A DNA stretch of 64,000 bases from a virus: the IMG/VR virus record IMGVR_UViG_3300002334_000292. One strand, written 5' to 3'. Within the stretch, counting starts at the first letter, position 1. Every line of letters begins with the position of its first letter. The notes below the pieces were generated by a model, which was given only the letters and a program-made list of their open reading frames with translations, was not told the DNA's origin and did no database searches. Made by a program: the position numbers and the translations under genes. Positions 26,399 through 36,344 of this stretch are shown here, piece after piece.

Positions 26399-26567
26399 AG
26401 ACGGAATTCGCGATCTATATGAAGACGCATCGGTAGAGCGAGTGAAAAAACTCGCCGGTGACCGCATGGCGCATGCTATCCGGCACAAGCTGAACGAAGG
26501 CATGAGCCTTGACGATCTGCGCGCCCTCATGAGCAAAGTACGCTCGGCAATCAAGAGGCAGACATAA
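26385..26567 (+). CDS. small hypothetical protein
   Basis: ORF. Confidence 0.35.
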   Translation: MGMIEDGIRDLYEDASVERVKKLAGDRMAHAIRHKLNEGMSLDDLRALMSKVRSAIKRQT

Positions 26568-26992
26568 TGATAATTTTTGATTTAGATGGCACACTTGCCT
26601 TAAACGAACATCGACAACACTTTGTCAAAGGACCGAAGGGCGACCGTGATTGGGATGGCTTCTTCGACGCCTGTGGTCAAGATGAACCTAATGCGCCTAT
26701 CATTGATACCTTGAAAATATTGATTGAAAACCATCACGTTGAAATCTGGACAGGGCGCATTGAAAGAGTGAAGGTGAAGACAAAAATCTGGTTGCGCAAT
26801 CAAGGTCTCGGACGTGTTCCACTTCGGATGCGCCCAGAGGGTGAGCACTGCCCGGACACTGAACTCAAGCAGCGCTGGATCGATGAAGCATCACTCAATA
26901 TAACAATGGCGTTTGATGATCGAGATTCTGTCGTCGCAATGTGGCGTGCGAACGGTATTGTCTGCTGCCAAGTGGCACCGGGGAATTTCTGA
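26567..26992 (+). CDS. HAD-superfamily phosphatase (putative nucleotidase)
   Basis: N-terminal FDLDGTL (HAD motif I). Confidence 0.6.
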   Translation: MIIFDLDGTLALNEHRQHFVKGPKGDRDWDGFFDACGQDEPNAPIIDTLKILIENHHVEIWTGRIERVKVKTKIWLRNQGLGRVPLRMRPEGEHCPDTELKQRWIDEASLNITMAFDDRDSVVAMWRANGIVCCQVAPGNF

Positions 26993-27291
26993 TGCACATC
27001 AAATGGACAATGCGCCTCGGCGTTCCTCACAAATCGTATATCAAAACTCACCACCGTATTATCCAACAACGTGCTGTTTGGGACGACAAAGAAAGTATAT
27101 ACATCTTGTCTGGCTGGGGATTTCCGAGTGACTTTTTACTAAAAACGATATCCCTGATCCCACAGTATTTGGAAATACGAATGCCTTTTGGACAGGACAG
27201 CTATGTGTTTGGAACTTACCGGACAGATGGCGACATGCCGATCCGCTGCCCACACGACCGAGCAATCAACCACTTTCACTGCAACCTTTAG
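26992..27291 (+). CDS. hypothetical protein
   Basis: TGATG overlap. Confidence 0.4.
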   Translation: MHIKWTMRLGVPHKSYIKTHHRIIQQRAVWDDKESIYILSGWGFPSDFLLKTISLIPQYLEIRMPFGQDSYVFGTYRTDGDMPIRCPHDRAINHFHCNL

Positions 27292-27299
27292 GAACAAAC

Positions 27300-27587
27300 A
27301 TGGACATTGAATTCCCAACACTTGTTGAAATGATGGCGCGCAACCTTTGCGAATCCGCTGGTAAAGACCCCAACCACGGCGAGCCCGGAAATTGTCCTGT
27401 CTATCCAGGCATGGATGAGAAAAAGTATTTGAACGCCGACTACGAATCAGAGTTCAATAAAGACCCAAATGATTCGAAGTATCCACCGGACGATTTTTAC
27501 AATGGTGACACGATCTGCTATGAGTGGCGCAATCATATTTTTGCCGCGCAGAACTTGCTTGTTCTGTTCCAAAAAATGAATAGCTAA
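27300..27587 (+). CDS. hypothetical protein
   Basis: ORF. Confidence 0.45.
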   Translation: MDIEFPTLVEMMARNLCESAGKDPNHGEPGNCPVYPGMDEKKYLNADYESEFNKDPNDSKYPPDDFYNGDTICYEWRNHIFAAQNLLVLFQKMNS

Positions 27588-27865
27588 TGATCGATCTGCC
27601 AGACTATCTGCTGTATTCTCTGTCAGTATTCGTCAGCTTTGTTGCCGTGGCGCTGAAAGGATTCCAGCACAAGAACGTGATTGGCGACCACATGAAGTCG
27701 ATCTTCTTCACGTCCTATTTGATGGCGGCGTTCGATGTGTGGGCAGTTAGCTTAATCGTATTAGGAGGCTGGCCTATCGCTCTGACCTCGGGCACCGGCG
27801 CAGCATTTGGCATGGTCTTCGCTGTAAAATTTCACAACAAAATGTATAAGAAAGAAAGCTCATGA
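27587..27865 (+). CDS. membrane protein (2-3 TM helices)
   Basis: TAATG overlap. Confidence 0.45.
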   Translation: MIDLPDYLLYSLSVFVSFVAVALKGFQHKNVIGDHMKSIFFTSYLMAAFDVWAVSLIVLGGWPIALTSGTGAAFGMVFAVKFHNKMYKKESS

Positions 27866-28131
27866 CAAAAATGGAAACACCACTAAAACGGTATCCTGTA
27901 AAAGAAACCACCCGCGCTAAAATGGATAGCAATTTCCGCTTAGTGCCACAACATGATGGTGGCTATCAAGTGCAGGCTGTTCGAAGATCAGGAGGGGATA
28001 AAAGAATTCTCAAAACAAGAGACGTTTGCAGGGTAGCAACACCAGAAGAATTTCAGATTGTTGTCAATAATCTGAGCCGACCTGTACTGCACTTCATTAT
28101 ACCGCCGAGAGATGTAGACAATGAATCCTAA
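27862..28131 (+). CDS. hypothetical protein
   Basis: ORF. Confidence 0.4.
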   Translation: MTKMETPLKRYPVKETTRAKMDSNFRLVPQHDGGYQVQAVRRSGGDKRILKTRDVCRVATPEEFQIVVNNLSRPVLHFIIPPRDVDNES

Positions 28132-28576
28132 TAGACGCTCATTCTTTGGCATGATGGCGGCTGCGCCATTGATAGCCAAGACCGCTGCAGAAGACGCTGC
28201 TAAGAAATTGGCTGGCATCAATCAGCGAGGACTCACATCCAGAGTTTTTGTTGGTAATGGTTTCGCCGAATCCCTCGGATCAGATTCTCTACCATTCACT
28301 GAACGATTCAGTATTTCAAAATTGGTTCAGAAATATCTGCTTAAAAATGGACTGCCGGAGTGGAAGAAAACGGAAATAAGAGAAGGCGCAATGCAGGTCT
28401 ACAGCTTGAACGCCAACATTGCTGCCATGCGCAGCCCATCCCTTGTAGGCAAAGTACACATGCAGAGAAAAGTGAATTACAAAGAGGAAGTGGATGCCCT
28501 CTACAGACGATTTGCTGAAATGTCTATTGAAGGGCAGAAAGAGCGCTTCAAGAAGAAATTCAACTTCCATCTATGA
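28121..28576 (+). CDS. exported protein with twin-arginine (Tat)-like signal (NRRSFFGMMAAAPLIAKTAA)
   Basis: RR-SFF motif followed by a hydrophobic stretch and AxA. Confidence 0.5.
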   Translation: MNPNRRSFFGMMAAAPLIAKTAAEDAAKKLAGINQRGLTSRVFVGNGFAESLGSDSLPFTERFSISKLVQKYLLKNGLPEWKKTEIREGAMQVYSLNANIAAMRSPSLVGKVHMQRKVNYKEEVDALYRRFAEMSIEGQKERFKKKFNFHL

Positions 28577-28788
28577 ACACAAAATGCATCATCTGTGGCA
28601 CTCCGCGACCCACCGACGAAACCGATCCTCTTTATTGGGTCCAGGTTTCTAAGACCCAAATGGTTGACGGAGTGTGGAGAAACCTCTATGTAGAGGGAAT
28701 AGACCTGTATCTTTGTGGCATCGAATGCTCGGCGGCGCAGGTCAAACAAACGAATCAATATGGAGACCGAGATGAAACTTCTGGCTGA
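28573..28788 (+). CDS. small zinc-ribbon protein (CIICG...CGIEC)
   Basis: ORF. Confidence 0.4.
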   Translation: MNTKCIICGTPRPTDETDPLYWVQVSKTQMVDGVWRNLYVEGIDLYLCGIECSAAQVKQTNQYGDRDETSG

Positions 28789-28880
28789 TTATGAAAAGTT
28801 ACATACCGAATTATATGAAAAACTTGCTCGCGCCGTTCAACTACATAATGATCTTCGCAAAAAAGCCAGAGAGGGCTGAC

Positions 28881-29264
28881 ATGAAATCCATTGACATAAA
28901 AACAGTAGCCAAACTCATTCACAACATCGAGCAGCTAGAAAAAGCGCTGCTGCAGATACGTGATGCCACACCAAATGGTTATAGTATCAGGTATGGCGGA
29001 TATGAATTTAATCCAGCTTTCGCCTTCAATCATTTTGGCGGCGGAAATAATGACCATGACGACATGTTCCGGCGCGTCGATTGCCTGTTCAATGAATACC
29101 TCTATGACTTGAAGCGCGCTCGCATTATTGAACTTGATTCACTGGGCGTAGAATACGTCAAAGATGAAGCACACGGAGACGAAGAAGAAATAGATGATGA
29201 GGACGATAATCTACAACCTTCGGATTTTGTTATGGGACCTGATGGTCCAATAGGAGGCATGTGA
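28881..29264 (+). CDS. acidic hypothetical protein (start ambiguous; 28791 is the alternative)
   Basis: GAGG RBS before 28881; a possible 35-aa upstream ORF at 28771-28878. Confidence 0.4.
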   Translation: MKSIDIKTVAKLIHNIEQLEKALLQIRDATPNGYSIRYGGYEFNPAFAFNHFGGGNNDHDDMFRRVDCLFNEYLYDLKRARIIELDSLGVEYVKDEAHGDEEEIDDEDDNLQPSDFVMGPDGPIGGM

Positions 29265-29440
29265 TGTGGCGCCGCGAATACTCAGTCGAAGAAATAGACA
29301 AGGCGATCAAGGACTGCCGAGACAACGGTGAAAAGCCATATGGTTTCCTTGACTACGCCGATCTACGAACCGGCAAATATCGGTATGAATATTTCCTACC
29401 TTCCGATTAACCACGTTCCAGTGTTTTGCTTGTGTTCTAA

Positions 29441-29470
29441 GAAAATAACGTCTATATGGTATGTAAGAAA
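29441..29470 (+). promoter_or_regulatory. Conserved promoter-like motif TTCTAAGAAAATAACGTCTATAT (copy 1)
   Basis: TTGTGT-N17-TATATG sigma70-like spacing; similar motifs at 30009, 48368 and twice near 16966-17075. Confidence 0.45.
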
Positions 29471-29489
29471 CAAACACAAGGAAACGCAT

Positions 29490-29693
29490 ATGAACGCTGT
29501 GACACATCAACCCGGACGTAGAATTGAAAGCGTAATTTATGAGACCGGACCATATCGCACCGACATGTGTGGCAAGACAATGCCAATGTCTTTACATCTA
29601 ACCAGCGAGAAAATCTCTCATGGTCTTGTCAGCCGGTTGCATAAATATGCATCTGAGCGCATGACAGAATCCGGTCTGCAGATGGCGGGTTAA
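29490..29693 (+). CDS. small hypothetical protein
   Basis: ORF. Confidence 0.35.
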   Translation: MNAVTHQPGRRIESVIYETGPYRTDMCGKTMPMSLHLTSEKISHGLVSRLHKYASERMTESGLQMAG

Positions 29694-29717
29694 TTCAAAC
29701 AACAATAAGGAATCCCT

Positions 29718-29987
29718 ATGACAAACCAACTTTCAGATTTTGACCTAGCCGATATTGAATCGGCGTTCAACGGAAAAATGATTGCATTCACACCTGTTTT
29801 TGATGGCTCTCTCGGAGTAGCTGTTGCCAATGAGAAAGGCTACAGTCCTATCGGCAAGAACATGTATCTTGCCGACGATGATCGGTACGACACGGCATCT
29901 ACAGAAGCCGACCGGCTTAATGAAAAACTTGGGCTAACTGACGAAGTGGCTACCAAGATCATCATCACCACGATGTTCGCTGGTTAA
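29718..29987 (+). CDS. hypothetical protein
   Basis: ORF. Confidence 0.45.
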   Translation: MTNQLSDFDLADIESAFNGKMIAFTPVFDGSLGVAVANEKGYSPIGKNMYLADDDRYDTASTEADRLNEKLGLTDEVATKIIITTMFAG

Positions 29988-30008
29988 CCATACCAGCCAC
30001 TTCCGCTT

Positions 30009-30036
30009 GCTTCTAAGAAAATAACGGTTATATTGA
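30009..30036 (+). promoter_or_regulatory. Conserved promoter-like motif TTCTAAGAAAATAACGGTTATATT (copy 2)
   Basis: TTGCTT-N16-TATATT. Confidence 0.45.
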
Positions 30037-30063
30037 GTTCATCGAAACAAGGAGAATTCAAAA

Positions 30064-30291
30064 ATGACAAACGTTACAACAAACGAATCAGGCGGAAAAG
30101 GCAAACGGTTTAAATGGACTATCGAAATTTCTGTTGATGAGATTTGGGTTGCTGACGGTTTTGATATGACCGACGACCGCGCGACCGAAATGATGCTCAC
30201 CGAACTTTGTTGGGCTGGAGGACACGAGGTATCAGCCAAGGTCCTTGAAACACCGAAACCAGAACGTATCAGAAAAGCTCAGGGAGGGTAA
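30064..30291 (+). CDS. hypothetical protein
   Basis: ORF. Confidence 0.45.
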   Translation: MTNVTTNESGGKGKRFKWTIEISVDEIWVADGFDMTDDRATEMMLTELCWAGGHEVSAKVLETPKPERIRKAQGG

Positions 30292-30300
30292 AAAACCCAC

Positions 30301-30642
30301 ATGAACGACAAATTACTTATCGCACTGCTTCAAGAAGTATCAGTGACAGACATGTACATGGCTTTGGAAGCAACCGCCAACCAAGCGTGTAAAACAGCCG
30401 ATGAATTGTTTACTCAAGCCGAGATTTCTGCATATGAGAACGCGGAAAAAGCCGGTGTCAACCATGATGATATTTTTGAAAAAGAGAAAAATTGGCAGGG
30501 GTGGCACACAACACATGCTCACATCATTGAAAAATATGCTGATCGGGACACGTTAGAATTCGCAAAAGCTTTTGAAAGGCGTTGCGCAGATATCAGTCTT
30601 ATGCAAACATTTCTGGAGAAGCTTGCAGCAGGTAATGTTTAA
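30301..30642 (+). CDS. hypothetical protein
   Basis: ORF. Confidence 0.45.
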   Translation: MNDKLLIALLQEVSVTDMYMALEATANQACKTADELFTQAEISAYENAEKAGVNHDDIFEKEKNWQGWHTTHAHIIEKYADRDTLEFAKAFERRCADISLMQTFLEKLAAGNV

Positions 30643-30989
30643 TGATCTTCTACCATAATGGGCGATCCGACTTTTTCACCATGAAGGCTGGCGTTCTCGC
30701 CAGTCTAAAAACGCACAACGAAAAGTACGACGAAAAATTGCATATGATGTCGATCAAGAATCGCGAAGAAATCGTGGCTCTTCTCAATTACATTTGCATG
30801 CGGCATACGAAGGCCGAACCTGCACCATTCAGCGCTGGCATTCAATCTCCGCTCGGTGGAACGTTTGAACCCAAGCACACCGATGATGAAGACATACCCG
30901 ATTGCGTACCCGATTTTATCCGCAAAGCAATGGGTCATATTTCACGCGCCGAGAGCGCAAAACTTCGAGAGGAAAAAACTGATGTTTAA
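30642..30989 (+). CDS. hypothetical protein
   Basis: ORF. Confidence 0.45.
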   Translation: MIFYHNGRSDFFTMKAGVLASLKTHNEKYDEKLHMMSIKNREEIVALLNYICMRHTKAEPAPFSAGIQSPLGGTFEPKHTDDEDIPDCVPDFIRKAMGHISRAESAKLREEKTDV

Positions 30990-31082
30990 ATGGACAACTT
31001 ATGCCATCGTTATTTCATTCACAATTTGGGGTTGTTTATATGCAATACCCACTGCAGTGCAGACGCTAGGAGGCGTAAACTA

Positions 31083-31268
31083 ATGGCGAAGACTAGAAAA
31101 AGAGTGACCATGCTTGTCACAGTATCCGTACCGGTTGGGCGCACTGCTGCCTTTGCTCGCAAAGAGGTGAAAGAACTCATCAGCGAAGGCGCTGGTTATT
31201 ACACCTACGCCGGTGAAGAAGTTAAATGCATCAGCGCTCGCCCGATGCCAAGACAGAGGGTCTGGTAA
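31083..31268 (+). CDS. small hypothetical protein
   Basis: TAATG overlap; small TM ORFs flank it at 30982-31083 and 31268-31387. Confidence 0.35.
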   Translation: MAKTRKRVTMLVTVSVPVGRTAAFARKEVKELISEGAGYYTYAGEEVKCISARPMPRQRVW

Positions 31269-31539
31269 TGTTTCAGGGCTTAGGTAAAGATATAGATAAG
31301 ATGCTCTGGACGTTTGGTATCGCCATTGGTTTAGTTGTCTTTGGCATTGCTTTTGGTGCAGGATATGCAACGGCGGTATGGCTATGACTACACCTTCCGG
31401 CAGACACTCCTACAGCCCACCGGCAATACAGGAAGTCAATAGATTATGTCGACGCGGCGTTAAGCCACCATTAACCTACGTTGACTTATCTGATATTGAA
31501 TCCCGAATACTTGCGCATTATTTAAACCCGGAGAAAACC

Positions 31540-32571
31540 ATGAAATACGATCTTCATTCAGCTTTAGACGAAATCAGGAAAACCACTTTCAGCGATGATG
31601 CCGGTAAACTACTGTCTTACAATAATGCCTTCAACTGGATTGAAGAGCAGGATACGCTGGACAGCAAACGCATTTCAGAATTATCCGGTAAAGATGCTCA
31701 GATCAGAGACATGCAAAAATTGCTCGAAGAAAAAGAGGTGCTTAACGGCACCCTTATGGAATACGCCGAAGAGCAGCAGAGCGAAGATATCGAAGACGCA
31801 AATGAACTGATTGCACTACGTAAGCAAGCTGCTGACGATGCCGAAAGAATCCGTCATCTGATCGCAGATAAGCAAAATCTCCAAGATCATATTTTGATGT
31901 TTGGCAAAGCTAATCCCGATCTGGCTGATCTGATGCGAAAATCAGATCAGTACGATACACTATTGCGCCAACATGATGAGTTGGAAAAGTGCCGGACCAA
32001 TCAAGGTCACACTATTGCACTAATGCGGGAACGAGCCGATGAACATGAGAAGAAGATGGAGACGGCGGAGCTAGTTGCTGCCAATCTCAGACTAGCTCTG
32101 GTAGAGGAAGCGCGCGATGCCTCCTCCTACAAAGATAGTTATGCAAAATCAAATGATGCGTACTCCGCCGCCGTGAAAACGAGAGAGCATGCCCTTGACA
32201 CCGTGGCACGTCAGGAAGACATAATTTACACTCAAAAAGAGGAAATTGAGGGTCAGAATATAAGAATTGAAACGCTGAATCAAACTAAGAAAAAAATGAG
32301 TCAGCAGATATATTCTTTGGATCGTAAACACGAACAGTTTACAAGAAACACAGGATTTGTCACCGGAAGATCGGATCATACGATCAAAAATGAAAGTGCT
32401 TCGCCAAGTCTTAGCACTTATGGATCAAGCACTCATCTTAATAACAACAAACCGATGAGCATCAAGCTAGCAATACATCAAATGAAGAACAGTCTCGCAA
32501 TGCAGGGCTATAATCATTATCGTTTTCTTGACGATCCTGCATTCAAATGGTTGGAGGAAAAGTATGGGTAA
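31540..32571 (+). CDS. coiled-coil protein (start at MKYDLHS, GGAG RBS; track start 31378)
   Basis: Long alpha-helical, charge-rich ORF. Confidence 0.45.
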   Translation: MKYDLHSALDEIRKTTFSDDAGKLLSYNNAFNWIEEQDTLDSKRISELSGKDAQIRDMQKLLEEKEVLNGTLMEYAEEQQSEDIEDANELIALRKQAADDAERIRHLIADKQNLQDHILMFGKANPDLADLMRKSDQYDTLLRQHDELEKCRTNQGHTIALMRERADEHEKKMETAELVAANLRLALVEEARDASSYKDSYAKSNDAYSAAVKTREHALDTVARQEDIIYTQKEEIEGQNIRIETLNQTKKKMSQQIYSLDRKHEQFTRNTGFVTGRSDHTIKNESASPSLSTYGSSTHLNNNKPMSIKLAIHQMKNSLAMQGYNHYRFLDDPAFKWLEEKYG

Positions 32572-32782
32572 TTACAAAGCCAAAATAGACGATTTGGTAA
32601 AAGAGAACAAGAGACTTAAAACTCTTTTGGGACTGACTGAACTTTCTCAAAGTGCCCTTCTACATAAATTGCAGAACGTGCAGCGTGTCAGTAAGAGTCG
32701 CATGGTGAGACTGAATGCAGCGAAAAAAGAAATAGCTGAACTCAATGATGATATTGACTGCATCTATTTTCACTACACCTGA
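32564..32782 (+). CDS. small coiled-coil protein
   Basis: ORF. Confidence 0.35.
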   Translation: MGNYKAKIDDLVKENKRLKTLLGLTELSQSALLHKLQNVQRVSKSRMVRLNAAKKEIAELNDDIDCIYFHYT

Positions 32783-32884
32783 TTGCAATCTAGGTTAACT
32801 ATAAAATCAGCTAATCCTTTACATCAGGACTAATACCGGCTAATACCGGACACACTGAAACTAAAATCTAACCAAGGAATTTTT

Positions 32885-33781
32885 ATGAAGAACATTATCA
32901 AAATTGCTCTCGTCATGGCTATGGGCAGTATGCTCTCTGGCTGCTTCTTCGGAGAGAAGGTGCAAGTACCACCAGCCTTTGAAGGCAAGGTGCTTACTCA
33001 AAATGGTTATCTGCCTGAGGCTTACCCTCCTTCGACATTTCGTCTGGCAAATTGCTGGACTATGTTCGGTGGTGTATGCGATGAGCTTGTGTTGATCGAA
33101 AAAAGCGACACCGGCATCAAAGAATCCTTTACGGTATTCATGCCGCGTAACCAGCTTGAAATGACTTTCGATCTGCGCATGACTGCATCAATCGTCGATG
33201 GCAAAACCGATGCTATTCTGGCGCGAGTTAAAACATCGCTTGTTGACGGACGAAAAACCGTAACCTTCGAACAAGTTTATAACACATATGCCAAGCCGAT
33301 CATCCGCGATGCTGTTCGGGCAGTCGTTGCTAAGTATACTATTGATGAAGTTGCTTCGTCTCGTGATGCTGTCAACGAAAAAATCCGTGAACGTCTTACA
33401 AAAGTATTGGCGAATACTCCAATCGGTTTCAAAACTGCCGGTTTAGGAAAGGTCAACTACCCCGCTATTATTCTCAAGAAAAAAGAAGAAGCGGAAAATC
33501 GTCGGATCGAAATCGAGCAGGAAGCTGCTACCAAGCAGATCATGCTGATCAAACTCCAGACAAAACTGGAAGCCGCAAAAGCCAGTCGCGCAATTCGTCG
33601 CGAGAAAGCTCAGGCTGCTGCCGAAGAAAATGAAATCGCTGCTAAATCCATTACTGAAAAGTATTTGCAGTATAAGCGGTTGGAAGTTCTTCACGAGTTG
33701 GCTAAATCCGGTGCTACTACGTTCGTACCGTTTGAAGCACTTGGCACGGTTGGTCTTTCCAATAAGGTTCTGAACCGATGA
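32885..33781 (+). CDS. SPFH (band-7/prohibitin)-domain lipoprotein
   Basis: Lipobox MLSGC; SPFH core followed by a long A/E/K-rich coiled coil. Confidence 0.6.
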   Translation: MKNIIKIALVMAMGSMLSGCFFGEKVQVPPAFEGKVLTQNGYLPEAYPPSTFRLANCWTMFGGVCDELVLIEKSDTGIKESFTVFMPRNQLEMTFDLRMTASIVDGKTDAILARVKTSLVDGRKTVTFEQVYNTYAKPIIRDAVRAVVAKYTIDEVASSRDAVNEKIRERLTKVLANTPIGFKTAGLGKVNYPAIILKKKEEAENRRIEIEQEAATKQIMLIKLQTKLEAAKASRAIRREKAQAAAEENEIAAKSITEKYLQYKRLEVLHELAKSGATTFVPFEALGTVGLSNKVLNR

Positions 33782-34107
33782 GCATTGAATTTCTCGGACT
33801 CAACTTCCTATTAGCCCTCATGAAAATATTTGGGCTGATAGGGGTAGTGATTACCCTCTTCTTAATGGCGATGGCGCGCGCGACGAAACTGAACGCTGTA
33901 TTGTGCGTGATTGCTTTGATCGTATTGATTGTAGGCTTTACAGCCAAAAATAATGTGCGTATTGTAATCGACGATGGAGTTCGCCCATCACCGGTGATGC
34001 AATTGCAGAGCCAAGGCGAGATCAAGAGCCTCGCTCCGTCTCGTCCAACAGATGCACAGCGCGAAGAGCGTAATGCCGAAGAGTATGACTCGACCGGCAA
34101 AAATTAA
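33778..34107 (+). CDS. NfeD-like membrane protein, partner of the SPFH protein
   Basis: Two TM helices plus a short C-terminal domain; ATGA coupling to the SPFH gene. Confidence 0.45.
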   Translation: MSIEFLGLNFLLALMKIFGLIGVVITLFLMAMARATKLNAVLCVIALIVLIVGFTAKNNVRIVIDDGVRPSPVMQLQSQGEIKSLAPSRPTDAQREERNAEEYDSTGKN

Positions 34108-34163
34108 ACACAACATGCCTAGATCAAAATGGTTTGGGCATGTCCTCATTCAAAGGCAACAGC

Positions 34164-34682
34164 ATGAACATCACCGACAAAGCCACCATCCATCGTCAAG
34201 CAAATGCAATCACTCGCCGTGACGGAATTATTGCCGGGTTGCGCGAAGACCTTGCCCGGCAAGAAGTGGAAATTGATTCCGCAAATGGAATCAACGAAGC
34301 TTTGGAAGAAGAGTTAGCGGAAACAAAATGTATTCTTGCTGAAATGAATCAAGAAAAAGAGATCGCCCTTGATAAAGGAAGACGACTCTATCAGCATAAC
34401 AAAGATTTGTGCAAGGCGCTTAAACCATTCGCGCGCGGGCACATTCTAGTATCGTGTGCAAAATCATATTTAGCAACAGCATGCTGCTCACCTTTTGGAA
34501 GACCGGAACATGTACCGCTAATCCCACATTTTGAGGGAAATGCACTTTATTCTTTCGCCGATCTAAAGCATGCATACGCTGTGTACGATGGCGAAATCAC
34601 ATTCGAAAATGGCTGGGAGCCCTTGGCTAAATCCGGCTTCCCTTACAAAGATGAATCCATCAGAGGTACAAGCAATGAGTAG
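34164..34682 (+). CDS. hypothetical protein (track start at 34134 is TTG; AAAGG RBS before the ATG at 34164)
   Basis: ORF. Confidence 0.45.
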   Translation: MNITDKATIHRQANAITRRDGIIAGLREDLARQEVEIDSANGINEALEEELAETKCILAEMNQEKEIALDKGRRLYQHNKDLCKALKPFARGHILVSCAKSYLATACCSPFGRPEHVPLIPHFEGNALYSFADLKHAYAVYDGEITFENGWEPLAKSGFPYKDESIRGTSNE

Positions 34683-34932
34683 ACGGTACAAAATATGTGG
34701 ACCAACTTCTAGTGGAAATTTCTTTGTTTCTTATCATGTGTGGGGACCGTTCTGGAAAAAGTCTATTATGGATGGCTGGTACTATCCACGGCAATATGAC
34801 AGTTTTGCTACAGCAGAAATATATCTTAAAACTCAGCGCAAACAAGACGCAGTAATTGATGAGGCAGTTGCAGACGCAAAAATAAAAAAAGCACAACGAA
34901 GAAAAGATTACAAATGTCAGGAAATAAAATGA
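34674..34932 (+). CDS. hypothetical protein
   Basis: ORF. Confidence 0.4.
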
Positions 34933-35936
34933 GCAAGCAAACTCTCGGCGTCTTCATCGGACGCTTCCAACCATTTCACGCCGGTCATCTGGAAACAACC
35001 AGACAGGCGCTGGAGCTTTTTGATAAAGTGATTATCATTATTGGCTCGGCGGACGTACCGGCAACAACTAAAAATCCTTTGGATATAGAGGCGCGCTCAG
35101 CAATTATTACAGCAGCATTCACCACTGAGGAATTAGCACGTATCCACATCACCCGCGCAGACGACCATGACTACCAGCCAGGGCGCTGGATTGAACAGAT
35201 CAAAATTCTGGTAGAGTGGACTCATTCACCCGACCAGTGGGACATCACGCTGGTAGGACATCACAAAGATGAATCTTCATCTTATCTGGACTGGTTTCCA
35301 AATTGGAACTTCTACGAGTCTGAAAATTTCGATGGCATGGGTGCTACGACAATCCGTGATCAGTTTTTCAATGGCAGTTCACAATTTATTTCTCCGAATT
35401 TCTTCTGCAACGAAAAACATCGGGCAGAAGTGTTTGATCGGATGACGCCACTGGCAGATATTCTCAGACCGGAATGGTGCCTAATTCACGAATATGAGAG
35501 CATTTGGGGTAAAGGGCCTCACAGGACCGCTGACGCGCTTGTCGAGTGCAACGGTCATATCCTACTGATTGAACGCGGCCAAGCGCCCGGCAAAGGTCTT
35601 CTGGCGTTTCCCGGAGGCTTTCTGGAAAAAGGCGAGAGATTAATTGATGCTTCTATCCGAGAATTGATGGAAGAGACTAATATTGGTATCACAAAAAGTG
35701 AACTAATTGACTCTGCTTCACTTCCAATTGTGTTCGATGCCAAAAATCGCGATCCGCGCAGTTGGAATATCTCTGGGTTGACACATTTCAAAATTACGGC
35801 TACGACTTTACCAGACGTACACCCAGCAGACGATGCGGCAAAAACAAGCTGGTATCCAATCACCATGATGCATGGTAAAGGAAAATTATTCTTTGCGGAC
35901 CACTATCGAATTATTCAGAAACTTCTAAACGTTTAG
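34929..35936 (+). CDS. natV: Bifunctional NMN adenylyltransferase / Nudix hydrolase
   Basis: GRFQPFHAGH (HxGH nucleotidyltransferase motif) and Nudix box GGFLEKGERLIDASIRELMEETNIG. Confidence 0.8.
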   Translation: MSKQTLGVFIGRFQPFHAGHLETTRQALELFDKVIIIIGSADVPATTKNPLDIEARSAIITAAFTTEELARIHITRADDHDYQPGRWIEQIKILVEWTHSPDQWDITLVGHHKDESSSYLDWFPNWNFYESENFDGMGATTIRDQFFNGSSQFISPNFFCNEKHRAEVFDRMTPLADILRPEWCLIHEYESIWGKGPHRTADALVECNGHILLIERGQAPGKGLLAFPGGFLEKGERLIDASIRELMEETNIGITKSELIDSASLPIVFDAKNRDPRSWNISGLTHFKITATTLPDVHPADDAAKTSWYPITMMHGKGKLFFADHYRIIQKLLNV

Positions 35937-35944
35937 GAAATAAC

Positions 35945-36343
35945 ATGCCAGTCAATAAACAGAATATTGATATCTTGATAGACATCCTAAAAGATGAAGA
36001 AGTATTTTTTGATATGGCAGATTATCAAATCTATACATCGCCATCTTCATGCGGAACAGCTTCATGCGGAACAGCTTCCTGCCTATGTGGGCATATTAAT
36101 TATATATTGAACGGAGGTAAAATGGAACCTCAGGATTGGGGTAGACATAGTACAGCAAATAAGTTCTTGGGAATCTCGGACAGCGAAGGTAGGCTGTTAT
36201 TTTTACCGGAAGAGAAGGTCATGCCAGACATATATGGCGGCGATCTTTCACTTCAAAGAAAACTGGCGATAAATACATTACTGCATCTTAAAGAGACTGG
36301 CGAAGTTAACTGGTCTGATGCTAATCAAAAAATCGGAGCATAA
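35945..36343 (+). CDS. hypothetical protein with internal 15-bp tandem duplication (SCGTASCGTASC)
   Basis: ORF. Confidence 0.45.
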   Translation: MPVNKQNIDILIDILKDEEVFFDMADYQIYTSPSSCGTASCGTASCLCGHINYILNGGKMEPQDWGRHSTANKFLGISDSEGRLLFLPEEKVMPDIYGGDLSLQRKLAINTLLHLKETGEVNWSDANQKIGA

Positions 36344-36344
36344 C

